Made by a program: the position numbers and the translations under genes. A stretch of 64,000 nt of DNA from positions 32,001 through 96,000 of IMG/VR virus record IMGVR_UViG_3300017730_000002; one strand, written 5' to 3'. A model generated the notes under the pieces. The model did not search any database and was not told where the DNA came from. It worked only from the letters and a program-made list of their open reading frames with translations. Shown here one piece after another: positions 1 to 9,687 of the stretch; within the stretch, counting starts at the first letter, position 1, and the number at the start of each line of letters is the position of its first letter. This DNA comes from a virus.

Positions 1-526
1 GAGAAACACCTTCCCAATCTACATAAGATTGCATTTTAATTTCCTTGTTAGTCTTATAATCTATAATTGATACTTTACCCTCAACTACTTCTACTAAATC
101 TGACTGACCGCATATACCTGCAGATTTTAAATAAACCATGTGTTCTGGATATACTCCTGGTTCTAACTTTTGATTTGGTGAAATTTTAACACCGTTGGCT
201 TTTAGTATTGGGCTAAAAATAGGTACAGTAACCCCACTTCTTTCTATTGAAGCTAAAGAGCATAAATCATCTTCTCTTTGATTATGGTAAAATGTTCCAA
301 GAGCCATAGCTCTTTCAGATTCTTTTTTCCAAACTTCTTGAATTTTTTTTGGTGTCATTCCATACCACTTAGAGCTTTTTCTTTTAGAAACTTTCTGTGC
401 TATCTTCTTAGCATCAAAAGGTTCTTTAAAGTGAGAGGTTAATGTTGTTACACTTATCCAATCAATTAAATCATCTTGATTAGATGATTTATAACTATGA
501 TCTTTTTCTGTAAATATTATACTCAT
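1..526 (-). CDS. PD-(D/E)XK (Cas4/RecB-like) exonuclease, truncated at window edge
   Basis: Manual translation from ATG at 526 (overlaps stop of 523..819): MSIIFTEKDHSY...SVTT...GTFYH...GICGQSDLV...IIDYKTNK; open to window edge. Confidence 0.8.
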   Translation of the reverse strand, partial: MSIIFTEKDHSYKSSNQDDLIDWISVTTLTSHFKEPFDAKKIAQKVSKRKSSKWYGMTPKKIQEVWKKESERAMALGTFYHNQREDDLCSLASIERSGVTVPIFSPILKANGVKISPNQKLEPGVYPEHMVYLKSAGICGQSDLVEVVEGKVSIIDYKTNKEIKMQSYVDWEGVS

Positions 527-819
527 AATTCTCCCAATTTATCTTCTTCACTTTCTGACATCAAAGCTGGCCACTCTCCTATTGGACATTCTGCAGATAA
601 AGCTCTTGTTTTAAAAGCTAATGAACAACCACAATTGCCACAACAAGGTTGTGTTCCTGAAACCTCACATTTAGAACCTATTGAATCAAATTCAATACAG
701 TCTTTACATAAAAGCATTCTTTTTGCAGAAACGTCTTCTACAAACTTATCTCTAATAACTGAATTCTTTATTCCCTCATAGATTTGTTTTCTATTTTTCC
801 AAATCTTTTTTAGATTCAT
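523..819 (-). CDS. Small Cys-rich putative Zn-binding protein
   Basis: CKDC...CCGNCGC...KT...CP..W pattern; coupled to neighbours. Confidence 0.6.
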   Translation of the reverse strand: MNLKKIWKNRKQIYEGIKNSVIRDKFVEDVSAKRMLLCKDCIEFDSIGSKCEVSGTQPCCGNCGCSLAFKTRALSAECPIGEWPALMSESEEDKLGEL

Positions 820-1174
820 CTTTTAATTTTTTAAATTCTTCTTTTCTTTTCTTTTCAGAATCAATCTGTTTACTTATACATTGAAGAAATTCTATTTTTT
901 CTTCTAGCTTTTTTAAATTATAATAAGCTGTATATGTAGATGTGTCGTGATTCTTTAGATATTTTTTAAATCTAGGAATAGCATTTTTTATTGCATTTTC
1001 TCTAGCTGTAAATAGACCAAGGCCTGTTATATTTATTCTTGGGTGATGTAACTCACTTAACAAGGTTCTAACGTTTTTATAGTAAAAATCAATTAAACTT
1101 TCTACAAGATCTTTTGACAGATCATTTTCCTCAGATATTTCTTGATATAGATGTCTAGCTTTTTTAGGTTTCAT
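791..1174 (-). CDS. IHF/HU-like DNA-binding protein
   Basis: N-terminal LYQEISEENDLSKDLVESLIDFYY...RINITGLGLF resembles HU/IHF fold; such genes occur in crAss-like late regions. Confidence 0.55.
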   Translation of the reverse strand: MKPKKARHLYQEISEENDLSKDLVESLIDFYYKNVRTLLSELHHPRINITGLGLFTARENAIKNAIPRFKKYLKNHDTSTYTAYYNLKKLEEKIEFLQCISKQIDSEKKRKEEFKKLKDESKKDLEK

Positions 1175-1530
1175 TTAGCAAGAAAGTTATAATCTAAAAA
1201 TATAGATCCTACAGTCTCAATATTTAAACTAGGACTAATCCGAATAAGTTTTTTATTTTTAACATCTCTTTCTACAATTTTAAATTTTATACATTTATTA
1301 ATGCAGTTTCTAACTGTTTGCTGAGACTTAAATATTTTTTGTTCATCAGCTGCATCATAACAAAAATGAGAAATTTCTAAGGGTCCTGTTGAACTAAGCA
1401 AAGTTAAACACTCAAGATCAGAATCACTCACCGTTATTTTATTAAGATAACAGTGAGTAATTAATTGAAACTTAATAACATCTTTTGTAGACATTATTAC
1501 TTTTTTCTGAACTCGTTTAACAATAGCCAT
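1171..1530 (-). CDS. Hypothetical protein (possible winged-helix)
   Basis: 119-aa ORF overlapping neighbours; SQQTVRNCINKCIKFKIVER resembles a wHTH recognition helix. Confidence 0.55.
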   Translation of the reverse strand: MAIVKRVQKKVIMSTKDVIKFQLITHCYLNKITVSDSDLECLTLLSSTGPLEISHFCYDAADEQKIFKSQQTVRNCINKCIKFKIVERDVKNKKLIRISPSLNIETVGSIFLDYNFLAK

Positions 1531-1793
1531 TATACGCTTTGTTTTTTCAGACTTCTCTTTTTTGGTTTAACCTCTGGTGGCATTGGTGCTCCGTCATCTT
1601 CAGGCGGTGCCATCATTTGAGCATATGCCATTTGAATCTGAGTTCTTTTAAGTCTCATCTCATCAATTTCCGATAACATTTTTTCATAGTCAAGTTGAGC
1701 TTCTAAATAAGGCATTGATTCTTTGTAGAACTGAAGCATTTCTTCTTTTTTTACTTTTAATTCTTCTGGTGATAGATTTTCTGGATTTTCCAT
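1530..1793 (-). CDS. Hypothetical coiled-coil protein
   Basis: 87-aa ORF with A-rich start, downstream of a promoter motif. Confidence 0.65.
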   Translation of the reverse strand: MENPENLSPEELKVKKEEMLQFYKESMPYLEAQLDYEKMLSEIDEMRLKRTQIQMAYAQMMAPPEDDGAPMPPEVKPKKRSLKKQSV

Positions 1794-1814
1794 TGGTTTA
1801 AATTTTTATTTACT

Positions 1815-1822
1815 CAAATATA
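1815..1822 (-). promoter_or_regulatory. Bacteroidota sigma70 -7 element (TATATTTG)
   Basis: Matches TAnnTTTG ~20 nt upstream of ATG at 1793. Confidence 0.55.
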
Positions 1823-1853
1823 CAAATAAAGTTTAAACTTCTGTGGTTTAAAT

Positions 1854-1885
1854 AAAAAAACCTGAGTTATTAAACCCAGGTTCTC
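1854..1885 (-). terminator. Intrinsic terminator after amidase
   Basis: AACCTG(A/G)G stem followed by U-tract on minus strand. Confidence 0.6.
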
Positions 1886-1909
1886 TTTATTTAACTTACC
1901 TATGAAAAG

Positions 1910-2608
1910 TTAAATCTTACCCTCAGCCTCTATTTGTTGAATCATTTGAAAGTGAACTTTTGCTATTCTATCTCTACCTTCTTCAGATAAAAGATACTTG
2001 TGACAATTATCTGAGTTGGTCATAAAGAAGTTTTCAGAAAGTATTGCAGGCATAGAGGTATTAATAAGAACATAAAAATTAGATTCTTGATCTACATCTC
2101 CATCTCTGTATGTATCAGATCTCATATACTCACCTTTAAACTCTCTAGCTGCCTTTTCAAAAAGAACTGTTGCTATATCATCTGATTTAGTTTGCCCTTG
2201 AGAAGTGTATACACACCATCCATTTGCTGACTCGTCAGTATATCCATTAGCATGTACACTTACATATATACATCGTTTTTGAGAAGACTTGGCTAATCTA
2301 TTAGCAGTATCTACTCTTTCTGTTAAACTAACATCTTTTGGAGTATCTACCAGGTTAATGGCATCTATACCATTAGCCTCACATTTTTTCATTAATCTAT
2401 CTACTATAGCTCTATTAAATTCGCCTTCAAATAATTGTGTGCCATCTGGCCATACTGGAGATCTTTTACCAGGAGTTTGATAAACATCATCTATCATACC
2501 TCCATGACCATTATCAAGTATCCAAAGATATTTAGATTCAGTTTCATGTGGTGTAATAGACATATCAAATTCTGTCTTACAATGAGGGCATGTTATAATT
2601 TTTTCCAT
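1910..2608 (-). CDS. N-acetylmuramoyl-L-alanine amidase (Amidase_3) endolysin
   Basis: ILDNGHGG, EGEFN, SVHAN, PAILSENFFM motifs. Confidence 0.9.
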   Translation of the reverse strand: MEKIITCPHCKTEFDMSITPHETESKYLWILDNGHGGMIDDVYQTPGKRSPVWPDGTQLFEGEFNRAIVDRLMKKCEANGIDAINLVDTPKDVSLTERVDTANRLAKSSQKRCIYVSVHANGYTDESANGWCVYTSQGQTKSDDIATVLFEKAAREFKGEYMRSDTYRDGDVDQESNFYVLINTSMPAILSENFFMTNSDNCHKYLLSEEGRDRIAKVHFQMIQQIEAEGKI

Positions 2609-2683
2609 AGATATCTTATTACTGCGGGTATTGCATATATTAAAAAGAAAGTCAAATATACTAAAATTGCACTTACCCCATTA

Positions 2684-2917
2684 TTATTTCTTATTTCTTA
2701 TTCTAGTTAATTTATCTATAGATGTTAACCCTAGTGCGCCAAATGCAAATAAAGCTACAGCGTCTACAAGGTATTCTGCTGGTCTTATATCTCCATGAGT
2801 AAAGGTATTAGCCACTAGTGATACTACAAGTGCTAAAACGCAAAGTAAACCACCTAATCTTTTAGAAGAGTAAACTCCTGTTTCATCACTTAATAATTCT
2901 TTAAAAAATTTTTTCAT
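2684..2917 (-). CDS. Putative holin
   Basis: Two TM helices, YSSKR motif, basic C-terminus; start at MKKFF (ATGA overlap) next to amidase. Confidence 0.65.
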   Translation of the reverse strand: MKKFFKELLSDETGVYSSKRLGGLLCVLALVVSLVANTFTHGDIRPAEYLVDAVALFAFGALGLTSIDKLTRIRNKK

Positions 2918-3360
2918 AGTAATCTTTTTTTTAAAAATAAAAACAATCTGTAAACCCCGTAGAGTAATACAGCTACCATTAGCCAATTAAATATTCTTTT
3001 CCAAAGTGGAGTTTTTTCGTAGTATTTAACTGGTATTTTCCTTTCAACTATTTTTTCAACAGTTACAGTATCACACTCACCTTTTATATACACAGTTTTT
3101 TTAATAGTATCGTGAAATATCTTTATAGTAAGTCTTTCTTTTTGTAGAACTAAAGTATCTCTAGTTATTTGTGTAAAGAAATGCTGATTAATAATTGTAT
3201 CATGTACTACTTTAGGTACTTCTACTTTAACTGTATCATGTATAGTTAAAGTATCTGTAGTAAGTAAATGAGGGTATTTATCTATTAGCCTAGTAAATCT
3301 TCGTTGAGGAGTACAGGCAAATAAACCTAATATTACTAATACAAAAAGGGTTCTTATCAT
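2914..3360 (-). CDS. Lipoprotein with C-terminal TM helix (u-spanin-like)
   Basis: Lipobox LFAC, DT-rich beta repeats, C-terminal TM; in lysis cassette. Confidence 0.6.
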   Translation of the reverse strand: MIRTLFVLVILGLFACTPQRRFTRLIDKYPHLLTTDTLTIHDTVKVEVPKVVHDTIINQHFFTQITRDTLVLQKERLTIKIFHDTIKKTVYIKGECDTVTVEKIVERKIPVKYYEKTPLWKRIFNWLMVAVLLYGVYRLFLFLKKRLL

Positions 3361-3650
3361 CTACTTTTAATTGCATGAATAGCTTCAATGATTTCTATTT
3401 TCATTTTAGCCATGTCATCTCTTAAATCTGTAATAGATTTTTCTTGTTTTTCACGATTAGATTCTACTCTTTCTTTAAGACCATCTACTCTTTTATGAAC
3501 CATATCTAAACTTTCTTTTAGGTTATCTAAAACCATTTGCTGTATAGCGACTTTATTTTTAAGTGTAAACCAAACAGTTAAAGCACCAACTAAAGCTGAA
3601 AGGATGGATAATAAAGCATCAAAACCTACTTGCATTTGTGAAATCTCCAT
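3357..3650 (-). CDS. Membrane-anchored coiled-coil protein (lysis-associated)
   Basis: N-terminal TM then coiled coil; likely start MEISQ. Confidence 0.55.
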   Translation of the reverse strand: MEISQMQVGFDALLSILSALVGALTVWFTLKNKVAIQQMVLDNLKESLDMVHKRVDGLKERVESNREKQEKSITDLRDDMAKMKIEIIEAIHAIKSR

Positions 3651-3725
3651 TTTCTTTTGTATAAATAATAAACATATAGTTATAATATACAAAAAATATT
3701 TAAATATACCAGGAAATACGTAGGT

Positions 3726-4613
3726 TTAAATGGGAAATTTATAGGAGTCTATTCCTCTCTGAAAGTAGTCAGCACCTTCATCTCGGATTCTTTTATAATT
3801 TATTTCTAAAATTCTGCCACCCGTAGGTTTAATTGGCGCACCTCTTTCAACATGCCAACCTTTAGATCCATCTCCATATTCTTCTTTATATGTACCTGTA
3901 AGCATCAGATGGAGCTGCTTTTGTACTTGTCTATAACTTGATCTACCGTGAACTATTGAGTCTCTTACATCGTTCCTAGAAGCATTTTCATGGATATGCC
4001 CCATAGTAAACACATCAAAATCCTCATACATTTCTAAAGCTCTTGTTAAGTTTAGCGCTCCTTTAGTAACTACACCACCTCCACCTGATCCGTGAAAGTA
4101 TCTTATTTTCATTGATGAAGAACCTTTAATAGGACCATTCTTTTTAACAATTTGATTTACTATCATCCATCCGCCATATCCACCTACCTGTACATTTGTA
4201 CCATTCTTAATGTTAAGTAATTTTACAAATCTTGCAAGTATGTCTGTTTCTTGAAATTTAATAATAGCAGTCTCGTGATTACCATACCCTATAACTGTAA
4301 GTAAATGAGCATAGGGGCTAAACCATTCTACAGCTGTTTCTACAATGCTGTCTAAATACATAGCATTGTTATGTTCTGGTCTTATATCAGACTTATTCTT
4401 TCTATTATCACCTCTACCTTGCATTAAGCAGAACATATCCCCATTAATCATAATAGGAATAGATTCTTTTAAGCAATAATCTAAATCTTGTTTTAGTTGT
4501 TTCCAGTCACATTTAGGATTATCCCAATGTAAATCTGACATCATTGCAATCTTAGCTTGTGTACCCTCAAGCTTTAGCTCGTGGATATTGCTAGCATGTT
4601 TAATTAACTTCAT
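3726..4613 (-). CDS. Calcineurin-like metallophosphoesterase
   Basis: SDLH, NGD, GNHE, HG, GHIH motifs. Confidence 0.85.
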   Translation of the reverse strand: MKLIKHASNIHELKLEGTQAKIAMMSDLHWDNPKCDWKQLKQDLDYCLKESIPIMINGDMFCLMQGRGDNRKNKSDIRPEHNNAMYLDSIVETAVEWFSPYAHLLTVIGYGNHETAIIKFQETDILARFVKLLNIKNGTNVQVGGYGGWMIVNQIVKKNGPIKGSSSMKIRYFHGSGGGGVVTKGALNLTRALEMYEDFDVFTMGHIHENASRNDVRDSIVHGRSSYRQVQKQLHLMLTGTYKEEYGDGSKGWHVERGAPIKPTGGRILEINYKRIRDEGADYFQRGIDSYKFPI

Positions 4614-4659
4614 AATTTTATTTTTCTGGAGAGAATTTCCCTAATATACAACTTATTTT

Positions 4660-4944
4660 TTAAAGTGGAGTATATTCAATATCAAAAGGATCTGGAGAAC
4701 TCCAATCTTCACTAGTCATTAATTCTAAACCCTCTTTATAAGTATATAGACCATCAGGTATGACTGTACCATCTGCAATAAAGCTAGGTTCAGTATCCCA
4801 TTTTAATACAAATTGAGTAGGTGGATTTAAAACATTTTTTCTAATAGTATCTGCAGAAGTTTCTCCTACTTGAGAAAAGTCCACTTTAGATAAATCCTCT
4901 ATTCTTATTACACCGTATGTTTGAAAAACTTTTCTTAGTTTCAT
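4660..4944 (-). CDS. Hypothetical protein associated with LamG tail genes
   Basis: 94-aa ORF, co-oriented, follows LamG gene. Confidence 0.6.
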   Translation of the reverse strand: MKLRKVFQTYGVIRIEDLSKVDFSQVGETSADTIRKNVLNPPTQFVLKWDTEPSFIADGTVIPDGLYTYKEGLELMTSEDWSSPDPFDIEYTPL

Positions 4945-4953
4945 ATTTTTTAT

Positions 4954-5727
4954 TTAAGGTGTATTTGTACTAAAAGTGGCAGCATTTTCTAAGGTTCCTG
5001 CATTTGATCCAGATCCTGAATCAGCTACACTTGTTCCTGAACCTTCTTCAAATCTCCACCAACTTACTAAACTACTAAATTCAGATAAATCTGTAGGTAT
5101 TCCACTATTGTATATGTTTGTTATATCTGTTGCAGATAATTCTGCATTAAAAATTGCTACTTCGTCTATTTCTCCGTTTGCAAATGAGGGAGTTGATCCA
5201 TTAAATTTACCTATTAAAAGGGGTTCATTTGTATTATGCATTGCAGTATATGATCCACCACCAGATACACTACCATTATCTAAAGAACCATTTAAGTATA
5301 TTTTTATACCAGTATTCAAACCATTTCCATTATAGGTCATTACAACATGACTCCATACATTTTCTGGTATAGTTGTATTTCCATTTCTTGTTAAACTTGC
5401 TGCGGTACCAGCATCGTAAAGTCCAGCTTGTAACTTTAACCCACCAGCTGTTTGAAAATAATATTCTCTTAAAGATGTAGTTACATTATATTTAAAAATA
5501 ATTCTAAATTTATCATTATCATCAGGTCTTATCCAAGCAGAAATACTAAAAGCAGAATCGCTTGAGCCATCTCCAAAAGACAAGTTATTATTATCTGCTA
5601 CATTTACATAAGCATCTATACCATCAAGTTCTACACTATGAGTATTAACAAAACTAGTCTGAGGAGCTATAATACTAGTTCCTGTAGATACTCCTAAAGT
5701 CTTATTTGTATTTATTGATACTCCCAT
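4954..5727 (-). CDS. LamG/concanavalin A-like domain virion protein
   Basis: FSISAWI, WSHVVMTY, IYLNG, GEIDEVAIFN, WWRFEEG motifs. Confidence 0.85.
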   Translation of the reverse strand: MGVSINTNKTLGVSTGTSIIAPQTSFVNTHSVELDGIDAYVNVADNNNLSFGDGSSDSAFSISAWIRPDDNDKFRIIFKYNVTTSLREYYFQTAGGLKLQAGLYDAGTAASLTRNGNTTIPENVWSHVVMTYNGNGLNTGIKIYLNGSLDNGSVSGGGSYTAMHNTNEPLLIGKFNGSTPSFANGEIDEVAIFNAELSATDITNIYNSGIPTDLSEFSSLVSWWRFEEGSGTSVADSGSGSNAGTLENAATFSTNTP

Positions 5728-5809
5728 AATTACATAAATATTATAAAATCATCATCAGATCCAGAAGATAAACCTGTTATTTCCGTAGGCATAAGTTTTT
5801 AATTAAATG

Positions 5810-6574
5810 CTACGCTACATATATCATCAATACATCTGCGCCAGTACCATTTACTACAAAATGAGATCCTGCAAATTTATGAGCATTACCACCTGCATCA
5901 AAGTTTACTGTTTCACCTGCAAGCAAGTTAACAGCGGATCCACCACCTATTGCTATAGTAGCAGTTGCACTAGCATGTGCATTATAAAATGATATTGATT
6001 TAACAGCATCTGTTACAGTTACAGAACCTGTAACTCTTTGCATACTAGCAACATTAGTTTGAACACCTGTATTAGTTTTAACTCTATCTACATCTAGTTC
6101 AATTTCAGTATTCTTTGCAAGAATAGCATCAGCTGTAGTTTCAATTTCAGTGTTTTTAGCTAATATAGCATCGGCTGTTACTTCTATTTCTGTATTTTTA
6201 GCCAGAATAGCAGTTGTATCAACCTCTATAGCAGTATTCTTAGCTAAGATATTTAAAAGAGTTGCTTCTGTTGCGTCACCTTGTTCTAAATAAGTTTTAG
6301 TACAAGCTGAATAATTGGTAGTATCTTCTGTTAATGATCCTGGAGGATATAATTCAATATCTGTAAAAGCTCCTGTACTTGTATTAAAGATTCTTACTTC
6401 TAATCTAATGATTGCAGGATCTGATCCACAAACAATGCTAATTAAATCTGCTTCATAATCTTTACCCGCAGTTACAATACTAGCTGCAATTTTATCCAAA
6501 CCAAGCAACATTCTATATTGCCAAGTCCAGTTAGTTCCTTTTTGCCCTTGTGTTTTTAAGTTTCCTACTGACAT
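5810..6574 (-). CDS. Putative fibre/structural protein with 14-aa coiled-coil repeats
   Basis: Four repeats of (A/N)ILAKNT(E/A)IE-x4; beta-rich C-terminus. Confidence 0.6.
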   Translation of the reverse strand: MSVGNLKTQGQKGTNWTWQYRMLLGLDKIAASIVTAGKDYEADLISIVCGSDPAIIRLEVRIFNTSTGAFTDIELYPPGSLTEDTTNYSACTKTYLEQGDATEATLLNILAKNTAIEVDTTAILAKNTEIEVTADAILAKNTEIETTADAILAKNTEIELDVDRVKTNTGVQTNVASMQRVTGSVTVTDAVKSISFYNAHASATATIAIGGGSAVNLLAGETVNFDAGGNAHKFAGSHFVVNGTGADVLMIYVA

Positions 6575-6588
6575 GTTTTATGTTTTTA

Positions 6589-6963
6589 TTATTCAAATAC
6601 CCCATGCTCTACTAAGCATCCTGTTGCTCCTGAAGCATATACTCTAATATCACTAGTATCTGCTGCCCAAGGAAATAGTGCCCAGGAACCTGCATCTAAA
6701 AACATATCATATACAGCACCTGACGCTGTTGCTTCAATTTTAACATAGATATTCAAACTTCCTGCATTCTTCAAGTATACATACGCACCTGGAGAATGGC
6801 TTGCATGAGGAATCAATGTTAATGGTGCACCAACCACTGCTGTAACGTTAGTTCTAGAAATACCTCCCTGAGTAACTGTAGCTGACTTTAAAACTGTAGA
6901 TAGTAAACTATCGCTAGTTAAGTTAGTAGAAGTTATTGTTGAAGTTAAATTTACTGTTGCCAT
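6589..6963 (-). CDS. Small beta-rich structural protein (paralog of 6984..7373)
   Basis: Shared motifs QGG.R, G.WAL.PWAA, E.G.F. Confidence 0.65.
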   Translation of the reverse strand: MATVNLTSTITSTNLTSDSLLSTVLKSATVTQGGISRTNVTAVVGAPLTLIPHASHSPGAYVYLKNAGSLNIYVKIEATASGAVYDMFLDAGSWALFPWAADTSDIRVYASGATGCLVEHGVFE

Positions 6964-6983
6964 TTTTATAAGTTTATAAGATT

Positions 6984-7373
6984 TTAATTAAATATTCCGT
7001 ATTCTAGAATATTATTTGCTGTTTCTGCATAAGCTTCCAAACTTACTGGTGTACCACTGCTGCTTGCGGCCCATGGTATTAATGCCCAATCCCCACCACT
7101 TAATATAATTTGATCTGATGTAGAATCAAATGATATATAAATTTTTTCGTTTGTTGTAGCTGTAGATGGATTATATAACCAAACTCTTGCGCCTTGAACA
7201 TATAAGTCCTCATCTGCAATAATTTGCGCTGTACCAATTGCTGTTGGTTCAATCTTTTGTCTCATCACACCACCTTGCTCTATAGCTCTAGTAAGGTTTG
7301 TTACAGTTAATGAAATCACATCTGTAGTTAAATCTGTAGACTCTATCTTAAGAGTATGTGTTACGTCTGCCAT
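6984..7373 (-). CDS. Small beta-rich structural protein (paralog of 6589..6963)
   Basis: Shared motifs as above. Confidence 0.65.
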   Translation of the reverse strand: MADVTHTLKIESTDLTTDVISLTVTNLTRAIEQGGVMRQKIEPTAIGTAQIIADEDLYVQGARVWLYNPSTATTNEKIYISFDSTSDQIILSGGDWALIPWAASSSGTPVSLEAYAETANNILEYGIFN

Positions 7374-7401
7374 TTTTTAAAGTTTTATAAGTTTAAGTTA
7401 A

Positions 7402-7872
7402 TTAAGCTCTATCAATAATCATGAAATTGATCTTAACATTACCATTCATTGTGGCAGTTCCACAGTTGTGAACGCGAATAGTAGCAGTACCTGTATTTTT
7501 AGCACGTATTTCTAATACTACTGTGCCATTACTTCCTGTCTGAGGAGTTAACAATATTATAGAATTTCCTAGTATTTTGCTGTTGTTAAGTACAAATTGT
7601 GTATTTGCATTAGCTGCTAAAGTTAATGAAACAGTATCAATAGTACCATGATGTGCATTCAATGTTACAGCTGTTGTAGAGCTGGTTGTTTGAGTTACAG
7701 CACCACCATCATATAAAGATTGTAAAGGTTCTGCATTAATTGATAAAGGTCTGTAAGTATCATCGCGTTTAGGATCTTTTGCCCCTACTGCAAATAAGTT
7801 AGTTGTATCTGTTGGAAGAGTCGCTCTATAGTCACCTCTTTTAATCCAAGAAATAAAATTTAAAATGTCCAT
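7402..7872 (-). CDS. Putative virion structural protein
   Basis: Thr/Ala/Asn-rich; GAVTQTTSSTTAVTLNA..G.I segment typical of phage structural proteins. Confidence 0.55.
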   Translation of the reverse strand: MDILNFISWIKRGDYRATLPTDTTNLFAVGAKDPKRDDTYRPLSINAEPLQSLYDGGAVTQTTSSTTAVTLNAHHGTIDTVSLTLAANANTQFVLNNSKILGNSIILLTPQTGSNGTVVLEIRAKNTGTATIRVHNCGTATMNGNVKINFMIIDRA

Positions 7873-7932
7873 TTTTTATTTTTTTAAAATATTTATAAAT
7901 ACGTATGATATAATATAGTAAAAATAATTGAT

Positions 7933-7965
7933 AAAAAAAAGCCCTCGGTAAAAACTAAGGGCTTA
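7933..7965 (-). terminator. Intrinsic terminator
   Basis: AAGCCCT/AGGGCTT stem with A8 on plus strand. Confidence 0.65.
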
Positions 7966-8003
7966 AAATTAGCTTGCAAATGGATTTGGGTAGTGGTAAC
8001 AAG

Positions 8004-8207
8004 CTAATCAAATAAGTAATGATAAAGTCCTATTGCTACAGCAAATGACACGATATATCCAATCATACCCATAATCCTAGCTTCTCTATCTTGTACTCTT
8101 CTTCCAGTTATTGGATCTACTATATCTTGCATAAGAGCATGCGATAATGTAGAAACAATAATTATACAAATTAGTCCGAATAAGACTACTAATGATTTCA
8201 TAATCAT
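8004..8207 (-). CDS. Small two-TM membrane protein
   Basis: Likely start MIMKSL overlapping upstream stop; two hydrophobic helices. Confidence 0.5.
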   Translation of the reverse strand: MIMKSLVVLFGLICIIIVSTLSHALMQDIVDPITGRRVQDREARIMGMIGYIVSFAVAIGLYHYLFD

Positions 8208-8494
8208 AATGACTGTATTTCTTTTAATAATTTCTCGACATACAACGTAGCATCCATTAACTCTTCTTGTAAGTGAGTTAACCACTGCTTCATAGTTAAA
8301 TCTTTTCTATCTAGAGTCTTTCCATACTTAAGCTTGCCTGTCTCAGATCTTTCCTGATACTTCTCAAGTACAGATTCTACTATAGTATCTTCTTCAACTG
8401 GCGGAATCGGGATAACACCATCTGTCATATTACCATATACAGAGTTACCATGCATCTCCTTATACCAATCTTTAGCTGATTCTTTTATTGCCAT
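8204..8494 (-). CDS. All-alpha NTP pyrophosphohydrolase-like (MazG-fold) protein
   Basis: KYGKTLDR...WLTHLQEELMDATLY acidic EExxD motif. Confidence 0.5.
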   Translation of the reverse strand: MAIKESAKDWYKEMHGNSVYGNMTDGVIPIPPVEEDTIVESVLEKYQERSETGKLKYGKTLDRKDLTMKQWLTHLQEELMDATLYVEKLLKEIQSL

Positions 8495-8787
8495 ACCATT
8501 ACAATATCATGTACTAATACCATCATCTTGATTTTGCCGTCTATATCTATGATTTCAGCATTATGAAGGGCACCAGTACGGACATATACCTTATCCCCTG
8601 CCTTTAGATCTTTAACTTCATCCCCTACTGCAAATATATTAAGATGAGTCCACTCCTTCATCATTTCTTGCTCTGCTTCTTTTTCTAGATTATCTGGAAC
8701 AATAAGATCTAGTTCACCTTCTTTTTTTTCTTTTTTCTCAGGCTTATCTAGCATAATCCTGTTTCCTCTTAATATAAATTTGCTCAT
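8485..8787 (-). CDS. groES: Co-chaperonin GroES-like protein
   Basis: LRGNRIML, LIVP mobile loop, AVGDEV..LKAGDKV, IDG...DI. Confidence 0.75.
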   Translation of the reverse strand: MSKFILRGNRIMLDKPEKKEKKEGELDLIVPDNLEKEAEQEMMKEWTHLNIFAVGDEVKDLKAGDKVYVRTGALHNAEIIDIDGKIKMMVLVHDIVMVWQ

Positions 8788-8805
8788 TTCTTTGTTGGTT
8801 TTAGA

Positions 8806-8813
8806 CAAATATA
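8806..8813 (-). promoter_or_regulatory. Bacteroidota -7 promoter element (TATATTTG)
   Basis: TAnnTTTG ~19 nt upstream of groES-like ATG. Confidence 0.5.
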
Positions 8814-8820
8814 ATAAAAA

Positions 8821-9687
8821 TTATTTATCCTCAAAGTTGTACATAATATTTCCATCACCATCTATTACCAAACCTTTGTAATCTTGTTTTACTTCTTGAC
8901 CCATTAAGTTATATCTTCTTGGATCCGTAAATACACTACGGTATACATACACGGGACCAAAGGTTTCTTCTTTACCATCTATATCAATCTGAATTAACTT
9001 ATAGTAGTTATATCCATATTCTATACGTGTATCAAAGTATTTATATGTTAGTTCTGTATTACTAAACCCCGCTGCAGGAATCTCATCCTGGTACCCCCAG
9101 GTGGTTCCATCCAAAGATTTATATAAATCAAACTTCAGTGAGTTGTTTTCTGATGCTGTAACCCATTTAACCATATTACCTTGGTCTTGCAAGCTTGCAG
9201 AGAAATCCAACATTTCAACAGGTAATGGCGCTGTATTCCTAATTTCAAAAAAATCAATATGGCAATATTTACCATCTAACAAACCCGATCCAAACGTAGT
9301 ATTAAGAACTAACGCAAAAGCTAATGTTGTATTAGGAACAGTAATCATGTAATATCCATTAAGATCAGATATATCATAATAAAACCAACCACTATCATAA
9401 AAATACAAAGCAAAGACATCACCTAGCCTTACATTACTTTCCTGATACCACGAGACCTCCACTTCTGCATATGTACTAAAATCATATATAGGTGACTGAA
9501 ATACATAAAATTCATTTTCCAAATAGTTACCAGAAAGGTTATAACATAGATCACCACTGTGTGAACCAGTGTTGCCACCAGGGCTTGTCCACTCATCAGG
9601 ACCATCAAATGAGTCAAAAGGTTCAAAAATCTGACCATAACCAAATAAACATAACAGTGTAAATAATAAGAGTAATATAGTTTTCAT
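8821..9687 (-). CDS. Secreted protein resembling Bacteroidota T9SS cargo
   Basis: Signal peptide ending GYG|Q, PLPVEMLDF..W.TASE.N..F Ig-like domain, YYKL.Q.D.DG, C-terminal YNLMGQEV. Confidence 0.7.
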   Translation of the reverse strand: MKTILLLLFTLLCLFGYGQIFEPFDSFDGPDEWTSPGGNTGSHSGDLCYNLSGNYLENEFYVFQSPIYDFSTYAEVEVSWYQESNVRLGDVFALYFYDSGWFYYDISDLNGYYMITVPNTTLAFALVLNTTFGSGLLDGKYCHIDFFEIRNTAPLPVEMLDFSASLQDQGNMVKWVTASENNSLKFDLYKSLDGTTWGYQDEIPAAGFSNTELTYKYFDTRIEYGYNYYKLIQIDIDGKEETFGPVYVYRSVFTDPRRYNLMGQEVKQDYKGLVIDGDGNIMYNFEDK

